Source: Auanema rhodensis
Taxonomy: Eukaryota > Animalia > Nematoda
NCBI GenBank assembly: GCA_964057225.1
Contig: OZ059897.1
Location: 17,980,001-18,044,000 of the forward strand
Direction: 5' to 3'
DNA length: 64,000 nt
Part shown: in pieces, positions 1-12,500 of the stretch
How positions within the stretch are numbered: the first letter of the stretch is position 1
How the letters are laid out: each line of letters starts with the position of its first letter
The notes under the pieces: model-generated
Database searches by the model: none
What the model saw: only the letters and a program-made list of their open reading frames with translations
Told to the model about the DNA's origin: nothing
Made by a program: the position numbers and the translations under genes

Positions 1-50
1 GCTTAATACAAAAATTAGTTATAATCGTTTGAAAAATGATGCATTAGTGT

Positions 51-78
51 ATGTTGAGTTTCCATGTACACTCAACAT
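51..78. other. Inverted repeat 1, repeated in each monomer: ATGTTGAGT-N10-ACTCAACAT
   Basis: 51-59 is the exact reverse complement of 70-78. The loop is TTCCATGTAC (variant TTCCAAGTAC). Confidence 0.9.
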
Positions 79-91
79 TGCTTCCAAAAAC

Positions 92-126
92 ATTTTGACA
101 AAAATTTTTTCGAAAAATTTCAAAAT
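92..126. other. Inverted repeat 2, repeated in each monomer: imperfect AT-rich palindrome around a perfect TTTTTCGAAAAA core
   Basis: 106-117 is a perfect 12-bp palindrome. The flanking ATTTTGA (92-98) is the reverse complement of TCAAAAT (120-126). Confidence 0.85.
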
Positions 127-228
127 AATTTAGCAAAAAGTAGATGTTTTTAGATTCCATTTTTTAAGGCAAAGACGATGGACAATGTTATTCAACGAAA
201 AAATTAATTCTTCAGGGTGAAAATTGAG

Positions 229-250
229 GATATAAGTGTGAACTTATATC
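229..250. other. Inverted repeat 3, repeated in each monomer: GATATAAGT-GYGA-ACTTATATC, perfect 9-bp stem with a 4-nt loop
   Basis: 229-237 is the exact reverse complement of 242-250. The loop is GTGA or GCGA. Confidence 0.92.
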
Positions 251-260
251 AGTTGATATC

Positions 261-327
261 TCGGTGCATTTTTAAGCTAGCGCAAATCTGATAACACAGA
301 TCGACGCAGCTTAAAAATCCGCATCGA
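261..327. other. Inverted repeat 4, repeated in each monomer: 67-nt long imperfect hairpin
   Basis: Pairings: TCGGTGC(261-267)/GCATCGA(321-327, one G.T); ATTTTTAAGCT(268-278)/AGCTTAAAAAT(308-318, perfect 11 bp); GCG(280-282)/CGC(305-307); ATCTG(286-290)/CAGAT(297-301). The loop is ATAACA. Confidence 0.9.
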
Positions 328-3061
328 ATGCACTATACTACATTGAGAAACGCTTAATACAAAAATTAGTTATAATCGTTTGAAAAATGATGCATTAGTG
401 TATGTTGAGTTTCCATGTACACTCAACATTGCTTCCAAAAACGTTTTGACAAAAATTTTTTCGAAAAATTTCAAAATAGTTTAGCAAAAAGTAGATGTTT
501 TTAGATTCCATTTTTCAAGGCAAAGACGATGGACAATGTTATTCAACGAAAAAATTAATTCTTCAGGGTGAAAATTGAGGATATAAGTGTGAACTTATAT
601 CAGTTGATATCTCGGTGCATTTTTAAGCTAGCGCAAATCTGATAACACAGATCGACGCAGCTTAAAAATCCGCATCGAATGCACTATACTACATCGAGAA
701 ACGCTTAATACAAAAATTAGTTATAATCGTTTGAAAAATGATGCATTAGTGTATGTTGAGTTTCCATGTACACTCAACATTGCTTCCAAAAACATTTTGA
801 CAAAAATTTTTTCGAAAAATTTCAAAATAATTTAGCAAAAAGTAGATGTTTTTAGATTCCATTTTTCAAGGCAAAGACGATGGACAATGTTATTCAACGA
901 AAAAATTAATTCTTCAGGGTGAAAATCGAGGATATAAGTGTGAACTTATATCAGTTGATATCTCGGTGCATTTTTAAGCTAGCGCAAATCTGATAACACA
1001 GATCGACGCAGCTTAAAAATCCGCATCGAATGCACTATACTACATTAAGAAACGCTTGATACAAAAATTAGTTATGATCGTTTGAAAAATGATGCATTAG
1101 TGTATGTTGAGTTTCCATGTACACTCAACATTGCTTCCAAAAACATTTTGACAAAAATTTTTTCGAAAAATTTCAAAATAGTTTAGCAAAAAGTAGATGT
1201 TTTTAGATTCCATTTTTCAAGGCAAAGACGATGGACAATGTTATTCAACGAAAAAATTAATTCTTCAGGGTGAAAATTGAGGATATAAGTGCGAACTTAT
1301 ATCAGTTGATATCTCGGTGCATTTTTAAGCTAGCGCAAATCTGATAACACAGATCGACGCAGCTTAAAAATCCGCATCGAATGCACTATACTACATTGAG
1401 AAACACTTGATACAAAAATTAGTTATGATCGTTTGAAAAATGATGCATTAGTGTATGTTGAGTTTCCAAGTACACTCAACATTGCTTCCAAAAACATTTT
1501 GACAAAAATTTTTTCGAAAAATTTCAAAATAATTTAGCAAAAAGTAGATGTTTTTAGATTCCATTTTTCAAGGCAAAGACGATGGACAATGTTATTCAAC
1601 GAAAAAATTAATTCTTCAGGGTGAAAATCGAGGATATAAGTGTGAACTTATATCAGTTGATATCTCGGTGCATTTTTAAGCTAGCGCAAATCTGATAACA
1701 CAGATCGACGCAGCTTAAAAATCCGCATCGAATGCACTATACTACATTGAGAAACGCTTAATACAAAAATTAGTTATAATCGTTTGAAAAATGATGCATT
1801 AGTGTATGTTGAGTTTCCATGTACACTCAACATTGCTTCCAAAAACATTTTGACAAAAATTTTTTCGAAAAATTTCAAAATAATTTAGCAAAAAGTAGAT
1901 GCTTTTAGATTCCATTTTTCAAGGCAAAGACGATGGACAATGTTATTCAACGAAAAAATTAATTCTTCAGGGTGAAAATTGAGGATATAAGTGTGAACTT
2001 ATATCAGTTGATATCTCGGTGCATTTTTAAGCTAGCGCAAATCTGATAACACAGATCGACGCAGCTTAAAAATCCGCATCGAATGCACTATACTACATTG
2101 AGAAACGCTTAATACAAAAATTAGTTATAATCGTTTGAAAAATGATGCATTAGTGTATGTTGAGTTTCCATGTACACTCAACATTGCTTCCAAAAACATT
2201 TTGACAAAAATTTTTTCGAAAAATTTCAAAATAGTTTAGCAAAAAGTAGATGTTTTTAGATTCCATTTTTCAAGGCAAAGACGATGGACAATGTTATTCA
2301 ACGAAAAAATTAATTCTTCAGGGTGAAAATTGAGGATATAAGTGCGAACTTATATCAGTTGATATCTCGGTGCATTTTTAAGCTAGCGCAAATCTGATAA
2401 CACAGATCGACGCAGCTTAAAAATCCGCATCGAATGCACTATACTACATTAAGAAACGCTTGATACAAAAATTAGTTATGATCGTTTGAAAAATGATGCA
2501 TTAGTGTATGTTGAGTTTCCATGTACACTCAACATTGCTTCCAAAAACATTTTGACAAAAATTTTTTCGAAAAATTTCAAAATAATTTAGCAAAAAGTAG
2601 ATGTTTTTAGATTCCATTTTTCAAGGCAAAGACGATGGACAATGTTATTCAACGAAAAAATTAATTCTTCAGGGTGAAAATCGAGGATATAAGTGTGAAC
2701 TTATATCAGTTGATATCTCGGTGCATTTTTAAGCTAGCGCAAATCTGATAACACAGATCGACGCAGCTTAAAAATCCGCATCGAATGCACTATACTACAT
2801 TGAGAAACGCTTAATACAAAAATTAGTTATAATCGTTTGAAAAATGATGCATTAGTGTATGTTGAGTTTCCATGTACACTCAACATTGCTTCCAAAAACA
2901 TTTTGACAAAAATTTTTTCGAAAAATTTCAAAATAATTTAGCAAAAAGTAGATGTTTTTAGATTCCATTTTTTAAGGCAAAGACGATGGACAATGTTATT
3001 CAACGAAAAAATTAATTCTTCAGGGTGAAAATTGAGGATATAAGTGTGAACTTATATCAGT

Positions 3062-6000
3062 TGATATCTCGGTGCATTTTTAAGCTAGCGCAAATCTGAT
3101 AACACAGATCGACGCAGCTTAAAAATCCGCATCGAATGCACTATACTACATTGAGAAACGCTTAATACAAAAATTAGTTATAATCGTTTGAAAAATGATG
3201 CATTAGTGTATGTTGAGTTTCCATGTACACTCAACATTGCTTCCAAAAACGTTTTGACAAAAATTTTTTCGAAAAATTTCAAAATAGTTTAGCAAAAAGT
3301 AGATGTTTTTAGATTCCATTTTTCAAGGCAAAGACGATGGACAATGTTATTCAACGAAAAAATTAATTCTTCAGGGTGAAAATTGAGGATATAAGTGTGA
3401 ACTTATATCAGTTGATATCTCGGTGCATTTTTAAGCTAGCGCAAATCTGATAACACAGATCGACGCAGCTTAAAAATCCGCATCGAATGCACTATACTAC
3501 ATTAAGAAACGCTTGATACAAAAATTAGTTATGATCGTTTGAAAAATGATGCATTAGTGTATGTTGAGTTTCCATGTACACTCAACATTGCTTCCAAAAA
3601 CATTTTGACAAAAATTTTTTCGAAAAATTTCAAAATAATTTAGCAAAAAGTAGATGTTTTTAGATTCCATTTTTTAAGGCAAAGACGATGGACAATGTTA
3701 TTCAACGAAAAAATTAATTCTTCAGGGTGAAAATGGAGGATATAAGTGTGAACTTATATCAGTTGATATCTCGGTGCATTTTTAAGCTAGCGCAAATCTG
3801 ATAACACAGATCGACGCAGCTTAAAAATCCGCATCGAATGCACTATACTACATTGAGAAACGCTTAATACAAAAATTAGTTATAATCGTTTGAAAAATGA
3901 TGCATTAGTGTATGTTGAGTTTCCATGTACACTCAACATTGCTTCCAAAAACGTTTTGACAAAAATTTTTTCGAAAAATTTCAGAATAGTTTAGCAAAAA
4001 GTAGATGTTTTTAGATTCCATTTTTCAAGGCAAAGACGATGGACAATGTTATTCAACGAAAAAATTAATTCTTCAGGGTGAAAATTGAGGATATAAGTGT
4101 GAACTTATATCAGTTGATATCTCGGTGCATTTTTAAGCTAGCGCAAATCTGATAACACAGATCGACGCAGCTTAAAAATCCGCATCGAATGCACTATACT
4201 ACATTGAGAAACGCTTAATACAAAAATTAGTTATAATCGTTTGAAAAATGATGCATTAGTGTATGTTGAGTTTCCATGTACACTCAACATTGCTTCCAAA
4301 AACATTTTGACAAAAATTTTTTCGAAAAATTTCAAAATAATTTAGCAAAAAGTAGATGCTTTTAGATTCCATTTTCAAGGCAAAGACGATGGACAATGTT
4401 ATTCAACGAAAAAATTAATTCTTCAGGGTGAAAATTGAGGATATAAGTGTGAACTTATATCAGATGATATCTCGGTGCATTTTTAAGCTAGCGCAAATCT
4501 GATAACACAGATCGACGCAGCTTAAAAATCCGCATCGAATGCACTATACTACATTGAGAAACGCTTAATACAAAAATTAGTTATAATCGTTTGAGAAATG
4601 ATGCATTAGTGTATGTTGAGTTTCCATGTACACTCAACATTGCTTCCAAAAACATTTTGACAAAAATTTTTTCGAAAAATTTCAAAATAGTTTAGCAAAA
4701 AGTAGATGTTTTTAGATTCCATTTTTCAAGGCAAAGACGATGGACAATGTTATTCAACGAAAAAATTAATTCTTCAGGGTGAAAATTGAGGATATAAGTG
4801 TGAACTTATATCAGATGATATCTCGGTGCATTTTTAAGCTAGCGCAAATCTGATAACACAGATCGACGCAGCTTAAAAATCCGCATCGAATGCACTATAC
4901 TACATTGAGAAACGCTTAATACAAAAATTAGTTATAATCGTTTGAAAAATGATGCATTAGTGTATGTTGAGTTTCCATGTACACTCAACATTGCTTCCAA
5001 AAACGTTTTGACAAAAATTTTTTCGAAAAATTTCAAAATAGTTTAGCAAAAAGTAGATGTTTTTAGATTCCATTTTTCAAGGCAAAGACGATGGACAATG
5101 TTATTCAACGAAAAAATTAATTCTTCAGGGTGAAAATTGAGGATATAAGTGTGAACTTATATCAGTTGATATCTCGGTGCATTTTTAAGCTAGCGCAAAT
5201 CTGATAACACAGATCGACGCAGCTTAAAAATCCGCATCGAATGCACTATACTACATTAAGAAACGCTTGATACAAAAATTAGTTATGATCGTTTGAAAAA
5301 TGATGCATTAGTGTATGTTGAGTTTCCATGTACACTCAACATTGCTTCCAAAAACATTTTGACAAAAATTTTTTCGAAAAATTTCAAAATAATTTAGCAA
5401 AAAGTAGATGTTTTTAGATTCCATTTTTTAAGGCAAAGACGATGGACAATGTTATTCAACGAAAAAATTAATTCTTCAGGGTGAAAATGGAGGATATAAG
5501 TGTGAACTTATATCAGTTGATATCTCGGTGCATTTTTAAGCTAGCGCAAATCTGATAACACAGATCGACGCAGCTTAAAAATCCGCATCGAATGCACTAT
5601 ACTACATTGAGAAACGCTTAATACAAAAATTAGTTATAATCGTTTGAAAAATGATGCATTAGTGTATGTTGAGTTTCCATGTACACTCAACATTGCTTCC
5701 AAAAACGTTTTGACAAAAATTTTTTCGAAAAATTTCAGAATAGTTTAGCAAAAAGTAGATGTTTTTAGATTCCATTTTTCAAGGCAAAGACGATGGACAA
5801 TGTTATTCAACGAAAAAATTAATTCTTCAGGGTGAAAATTGAGGATATAAGTGTGAACTTATATCAGTTGATATCTCGGTGCATTTTTAAGCTAGCGCAA
5901 ATCTGATAACACAGATCGACGCAGCTTAAAAATCCGCATCGAATGCACTATACTACATTGAGAAACGCTTAATACAAAAATTAGTTATAATCGTTTGAAA

Positions 6001-6554
6001 AATGATGCATTAGTGTATGTTGAGTTTCCATGTACACTCAACATTGCTTCCAAAAACATTTTGACAAAAATTTTTTCGAAAAATTTCAAAATAATTTAGC
6101 AAAAAGTAGATGCTTTTAGATTCCATTTTCAAGGCAAAGACGATGGACAATGTTATTCAACGAAAAAATTAATTCTTCAGGGTGAAAATTGAGGATATAA
6201 GTGTGAACTTATATCAGATGATATCTCGGTGCATTTTTAAGCTAGCGCAAATCTGATAACACAGATCGACGCAGCTTAAAAATCCGCATCGAATGCACTA
6301 TACTACATTGAGAAACGCTTAATACAAAAATTAGTTATAATCGTTTGAGAAATGATGCATTAGTGTATGTTGAGTTTCCATGTACACTCAACATTGCTTC
6401 CAAAAACATTTTGACAAAAATTTTTTCGAAAAATTTCAAAATAGTTTAGCAAAAAGTAGATGTTTTTAGATTCCATTTTTCAAGGCAAAGACGATGGACA
6501 ATGTTATTCAACGAAAAAATTAATTCTTCAGGGTGAAAATTGAGGATATAAGTG
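3062..6554. repeat. Local higher-order repeat: 5-monomer unit (1754 bp), 2 copies
   Basis: Variant pairs exactly 1754 bp apart: 3504/5258 (CATTAAG), 3735/5489 (AATGGAG), 3984/5738 (TCAGAAT), 4595/6349 (TGAGAAA). Confidence 0.88.
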
Positions 6555-9500
6555 CGAACTTATATCAGTTGATATCTCGGTGCATTTTTAAGCTAGCGCA
6601 AATCTGATAACACAGATCGACGCAGCTTAAAAATCCGCATCGAATGCACTATACTACATTGAGAAACACTTGATACAAAAATTAGTTATGATCGTTTGAA
6701 AAATGATGCATTAGTGTATGTTGAGTTTCCAAGTACACTCAACATTGCTTCCAAAAACATTTTGACAAAAATTTTTTCGAAAAATTTCAAAATAATTTAG
6801 CAAAAAGTAGATGTTTTTAGATTCCATTTTTCAAGGCAAAGACGATGGACAATGTTATTCAACGAAAAAATTAATTCTTCAGGGTGAAAATTGAGGATAT
6901 AAGTGTGAACTTATATCAGATGATATCTCGGTGCATTTTTAAGCTAGCGCAAATCTGATAACACAGATCGACGCAGCTTAAAAATCCGCATCGAATGCAC
7001 TATACTACATTGAGAAACGCTTAATACAAAAATTAGTTATAATCGTTTGAGAAATGATGCATTAGTGTATGTTGAGTTTCCATGTACACTCAACATTGCT
7101 TCCAAAAACATTTTGACAAAAATTTTTTCGAAAAATTTCAAAATAGTTTAGCAAAAAGTAGATGTTTTTAGATTCCATTTTTCAAGGCAAAGACGATGGA
7201 CAATGTTATTCAACGAAAAAATTAATTCTTCAGGGTGAAAATTGAGGATATAAGTGCGAACTTATATCAGTTGATATCTCGGTGCATTTTTAAGCTAGCG
7301 CAAATCTGATAACACAGATCGACGCAGCTTAAAAATCCGCATCGAATGCACTATACTACATTGAGAAACACTTGATACAAAAATTAGTTATGATCGTTTG
7401 AAAAATGATGCATTAGTGTATGTTGAGTTTCCAAGTACACTCAACATTGCTTCCAAAAACATTTTGACAAAAATTTTTTCGAAAAATTTCAAAATAATTT
7501 AGCAAAAAGTAGATGTTTTTAGATTCCATTTTTCAAGGCAAAGACGATGGACAATGTTATTCAACGAAAAAATTAATTCTTCAGGGTGAAAATTGAGGAT
7601 ATAAGTGTGAACTTATATCAGTTGATATCTCGGTGCATTTTTAAGCTAGCGCAAATCTGATAACACAGATCGACGCAGCTTAAAAATCCGCATCGAATGC
7701 ACTATACTACATTGAGAAACGCTTAATACAAAAATTAGTTATAATCGTTTGAAAAATGATGCATTAGTGTATGTTGAGTTTCCATGTACACTCAACATTG
7801 CTTCCAAAAACATTTTGACAAAAATTTTTTCGAAAAATTTCAAAATAATTTAGCAAAAAGTAGATGCTTTTAGATTCCATTTTCAAGGCAAAGACGATGG
7901 ACAATGTTATTCAACGAAAAAATTAATTCTTCAGGGTGAAAATTGAGGATATAAGTGTGAACTTATATCAGTTGATATCTCGGTGCATTTTTAAGCTAGC
8001 GCAAATCTGATAACACAGATCGACGCAGCTTAAAAATCCGCATCGAATGCACTATACTACATTGAGAAACGCTTAATACAAAAATTAGTTATAATCGTTT
8101 GAAAAATGATGCATTAGTGTATGTTGAGTTTCCATGTACACTCAACATTGCTTCCAAAAACATTTTGACAAAAATTTTTTCGAAAAATTTCAAAATAATT
8201 TAGCAAAAAGTAGATGCTTTTAGATTCCATTTTTCAAGGCAAAGACGATGGACAATGTTATTCAACGAAAAAATTAATTCTTCAGGGTGAAAATTGAGGA
8301 TATAAGTGCGAACTTATATCAGTTGATATCTCGGTGCATTTTTAAGCTAGCGCAAATCTGATAACACAGATCGACGCAGCTTAAAAATCCGCATCGAATG
8401 CACTATACTACATTGAGAAACACTTGATACAAAAATTAGTTATGATCGTTTGAAAAATGATGCATTAGTGTATGTTGAGTTTCCAAGTACACTCAACATT
8501 GCTTCCAAAAACATTTTGACAAAAATTTTTTCGAAAAATTTCAAAATAATTTAGCAAAAAGTAGATGCTTTTAGATTCCATTTTTCAAGGCAAAGACGAT
8601 GGACAATGTTATTCAACGAAAAAATTAATTCTTCAGGGTGAAAATTGAGGATATAAGTGTGAACTTATATCAGTTGATATCTCGGTGCATTTTTAAGCTA
8701 GCGCAAATCTGATAACACAGATCGACGCAGCTTAAAAATCCGCATCGAATGCACTATACTACATTGAGAAACGCTTAATACAAAAATTAGTTATAATCGT
8801 TTGAAAAATGATGCATTAGTGTATGTTGAGTTTCCATGTACACTCAACATTGCTTCCAAAAACATTTTGACAAAAATTTTTTCGAAAAATTTCAAAATAA
8901 TTTAGCAAAAAGTAGATGCTTTTAGATTCCATTTTCAAGGCAAAGACGATGGACAATGTTATTCAACGAAAAAATTAATTCTTCAGGGTGAAAATGGAGG
9001 ATATAAGTGTGAACTTATATCAGTTGATATCTCGGTGCATTTTTAAGCTAGCGCAAATCTGATAACACAGATCGACGCAGCTTAAAAATCCGCATCGAAT
9101 GCACTATACTACATTGAGAAACACTTGATACAAAAATTAGTTATGATCGTTTGAAAAATGATGCATTAGTGTATGTTGAGTTTCCAAGTACACTCAACAT
9201 TGCTTCCAAAAACATTTTGACAAAAATTTTTTCGAAAAATTTCAAAATAATTTAGCAAAAAGTAGATGTTTTTAGATTCCATTTTTCAAGGCAAAGACGA
9301 TGGACAATGTTATTCAACGAAAAAATTAATTCTTCAGGGTGAAAATCGAGGATATAAGTGTGAACTTATATCAGTTGATATCTCGGTGCATTTTTAAGCT
9401 AGCGCAAATCTGATAACACAGATCGACGCAGCTTAAAAATCCGCATCGAATGCACTATACTACATTGAGAAACGCTTAATACAAAAATTAGTTATAATCG

Positions 9501-12500
9501 TTTGAAAAATGATGCATTAGTGTATGTTGAGTTTCCATGTACACTCAACATTGCTTCCAAAAACATTTTGACAAAAATTTTTTCGAAAAATTTCAAAATA
9601 ATTTAGCAAAAAGTAGATGCTTTTAGATTCCATTTTTCAAGGCAAAGACGATGGACAATGTTATTCAACGAAAAAATTAATTCTTCAGGGTGAAAATTGA
9701 GGATATAAGTGTGAACTTATATCAGTTGATATCTCGGTGCATTTTTAAGCTAGCGCAAATCTGATAACACAGATCGACGCAGCTTAAAAATCCGCATCGA
9801 ATGCACTATACTACATTGAGAAACGCTTAATACAAAAATTAGTTATAATCGTTTGAAAAATGATGCATTAGTGTATGTTGAGTTTCCATGTACACTCAAC
9901 ATTGCTTCCAAAAACGTTTTGACAAAAATTTTTTCGAAAAATTTCAAAATAGTTTAGCAAAAAGTAGATGTTTTTAGATTCCATTTTTCAAGGCAAAGAC
10001 GATGGACAATGTTATTCAACGAAAAAATTAATTCTTCAGGGTGAAAATTGAGGATATAAGTGTGAACTTATATCAGTTGATATCTCGGTGCATTTTTAAG
10101 CTAGCGCAAATCTGATAACACAGATCGACGCAGCTTAAAAATCCGCATCGAATGCACTATACTACATTGAGAAACGCTTAATACAAAAATTAGTTATAAT
10201 CGTTTGAAAAATGATGCATTAGTGTATGTTGAGTTTCCATGTACACTCAACATTGCTTCCAAAAACATTTTGACAAAAATTTTTTCGAAAAATTTCAAAA
10301 TAATTTAGCAAAAAGTAGATGTTTTTAGATTCCATTTTCAAGGCAAAGACGATGGACAATGTTATTCAACGAAAAAATTAATTCTTCAGGGTGAAAATTG
10401 AGGATATAAGTGTGAACTTATATCAGATGATATCTCGGTGCATTTTTAAGCTAGCGCAAATCTGATAACACAGATCGACGCAGCTTAAAAATCCGCATCG
10501 AATGCACTATACTACATTGAGAAACGCTTAATACAAAAATTAGTTATAATCGTTTGAAAAATGATGCATTAGTGTATGTTGAGTTTCCATGTACACTCAA
10601 CATTGCTTCCAAAAACATTTTGACAAAAATTTTTTCGAAAAATTTCAAAATAATTTAGCAAAAAGTAGATGCTTTTAGATTCCATTTTCAAGGCAAAGAC
10701 GATGGACAATGTTATTCAACGAAAAAATTAATTCTTCAGGGTGAAAATTGAGGATATAAGTGTGAACTTATATCAGATGATATCTCGGTGCATTTTTAAG
10801 CTAGCGCAAATCTGATAACACAGATCGACGCAGCTTAAAAATCCGCATCGAATGCACTATACTACATTGAGAAACGCTTAATACAAAAATTAGTTATAAT
10901 CGTTTGAGAAATGATGCATTAGTGTATGTTGAGTTTCCATGTACACTCAACATTGCTTCCAAAAACATTTTGACAAAAATTTTTTCGAAAAATTTCAAAA
11001 TAGTTTAGCAAAAAGTAGATGTTTTTAGATTCCATTTTTCAAGGCAAAGACGATGGACAATGTTATTCAACGAAAAAATTAATTCTTCAGGGTGAAAATT
11101 GAGGATATAAGTGCGAACTTATATCAGTTGATATCTCGGTGCATTTTTAAGCTAGCGCAAATCTGATAACACAGATCGACGCAGCTTAAAAATCCGCATC
11201 GAATGCACTATACTACATTGAGAAACACTTGATACAAAAATTAGTTATGATCGTTTGAAAAATGATGCATTAGTGTATGTTGAGTTTCCAAGTACACTCA
11301 ACATTGCTTCCAAAAACATTTTGACAAAAATTTTTTCGAAAAATTTCAAAATAATTTAGCAAAAAGTAGATGTTTTTAGATTCCATTTTTCAAGGCAAAG
11401 ACGATGGACAATGTTATTCAACGAAAAAATTAATTCTTCAGGGTGAAAATTGAGGATATAAGTGTGAACTTATATCAGTTGATATCTCGGTGCATTTTTA
11501 AGCTAGCGCAAATCTGATAACACAGATCGACGCAGCTTAAAAATCCGCATCGAATGCACTATACTACATTGAGAAACGCTTAATACAAAAATTAGTTATA
11601 ATCGTTTGAAAAATGATGCATTAGTGTATGTTGAGTTTCCATGTACACTCAACATTGCTTCCAAAAACATTTTGACAAAAATTTTTTCGAAAAATTTCAA
11701 AATAATTTAGCAAAAAGTAGATGCTTTTAGATTCCATTTTCAAGGCAAAGACGATGGACAATGTTATTCAACGAAAAAATTAATTCTTCAGGGTGAAAAT
11801 TGAGGATATAAGTGTGAACTTATATCAGATGATATCTCGGTGCATTTTTAAGCTAGCGCAAATCTGATAACACAGATCGACGCAGCTTAAAAATCCGCAT
11901 CGAATGCACTATACTACATTGAGAAACGCTTAATACAAAAATTAGTTATAATCGTTTGAAAAATGATGCATTAGTGTATGTTGAGTTTCCATGTACACTC
12001 AACATTGCTTCCAAAAACATTTTGACAAAAATTTTTTCGAAAAATTTCAAAATAGTTTAGCAAAAAGTAGATGTTTTTAGATTCCATTTTTCAAGGCAAA
12101 GACGATGGACAATGTTATTCAACGAAAAAATTAATTCTTCAGGGTGAAAATTGAGGATATAAGTGTGAACTTATATCAGATGATATCTCGGTGCATTTTT
12201 AAGCTAGCGCAAATCTGATAACACAGATCGACGCAGCTTAAAAATCCGCATCGAATGCACTATACTACATTGAGAAACGCTTAATACAAAAATTAGTTAT
12301 AATCGTTTGAGAAATGATGCATTAGTGTATGTTGAGTTTCCATGTACACTCAACATTGCTTCCAAAAACATTTTGACAAAAATTTTTTCGAAAAATTTCA
12401 AAATAGTTTAGCAAAAAGTAGATGTTTTTAGATTCCATTTTTCAAGGCAAAGACGATGGACAATGTTATTCAACGAAAAAATTAATTCTTCAGGGTGAAA

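Larger units (their letters stand above)
1..351. repeat. Representative satellite monomer (arbitrary phase set by the window start), about 30.5% GC, rich in A/T tracts
   Basis: Read directly: 51 C + 56 G in 351 bp. All six reading frames contain stop codons. Confidence 0.98.

Noticed and set aside
20-100. Perfect sigma70 hexamers TATAAT (20-25) and TTGACA (95-100)
   Set aside because: Wrong order and spacing: there is no -10 box 16-18 bp after TTGACA, and TTGAGA is 22 bp before TATAAT. Such matches are expected by chance at 70% AT.
106-125. CENP-B box-like TTCG motif
   Set aside because: The required downstream CGGG is absent.
209-215. Hammerhead ribozyme core CUGAAGA on the minus strand (TCTTCAG on +); hammerheads are known in some satellites
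   Set aside because: I could not build stem II followed by GAAA or the stem I/III pairings around it. The + strand CTGATAA (288-294) does not match CUGANGA. An Infernal search with Rfam hammerhead models on a dimer would settle it.
229-280. Helitron 3' end (hairpin followed by CTAG)
   Set aside because: The hairpin is AT-rich and lies 26 bp from CTAG (277-280), which is followed by C rather than T. Poor fit to the canonical terminus.
1-351. 351 bp is a multiple of 3 (117 codons), which could indicate a giant repeat-protein ORF
   Set aside because: All six frames are closed within each monomer (+ strand TAA at 4, TGA at 30, TAG at 131; - strand stops from TTA at 15, 19 and 44). The 350-bp copies would also frameshift.
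1-351. Tandem tRNA, 5S rRNA or snRNA gene cluster
   Set aside because: No cloverleaf, no convincing Pol III A/B or C boxes, and no recognisable RNA gene sequence.
1-351. Monomer as an ancient dimer of about 175-bp subunits
   Set aside because: Only a weak AT-rich resemblance (TGAAAAATGATG 30-41 vs TGAAAATTGAGG 218-229); no sustained alignment by eye.
1-351. Assignment to a named satellite family (for example Drosophila 359-bp or beetle 340-360-bp satellites)
   Set aside because: Only length and AT content are similar. I do not recognise the sequence, and a database search is required.
632-835. Stop-free stretch of about 67 codons in copies carrying C344 (TGA>CGA)
   Set aside because: No ATG in frame, short, present only in some copies and with no recognisable protein motif.
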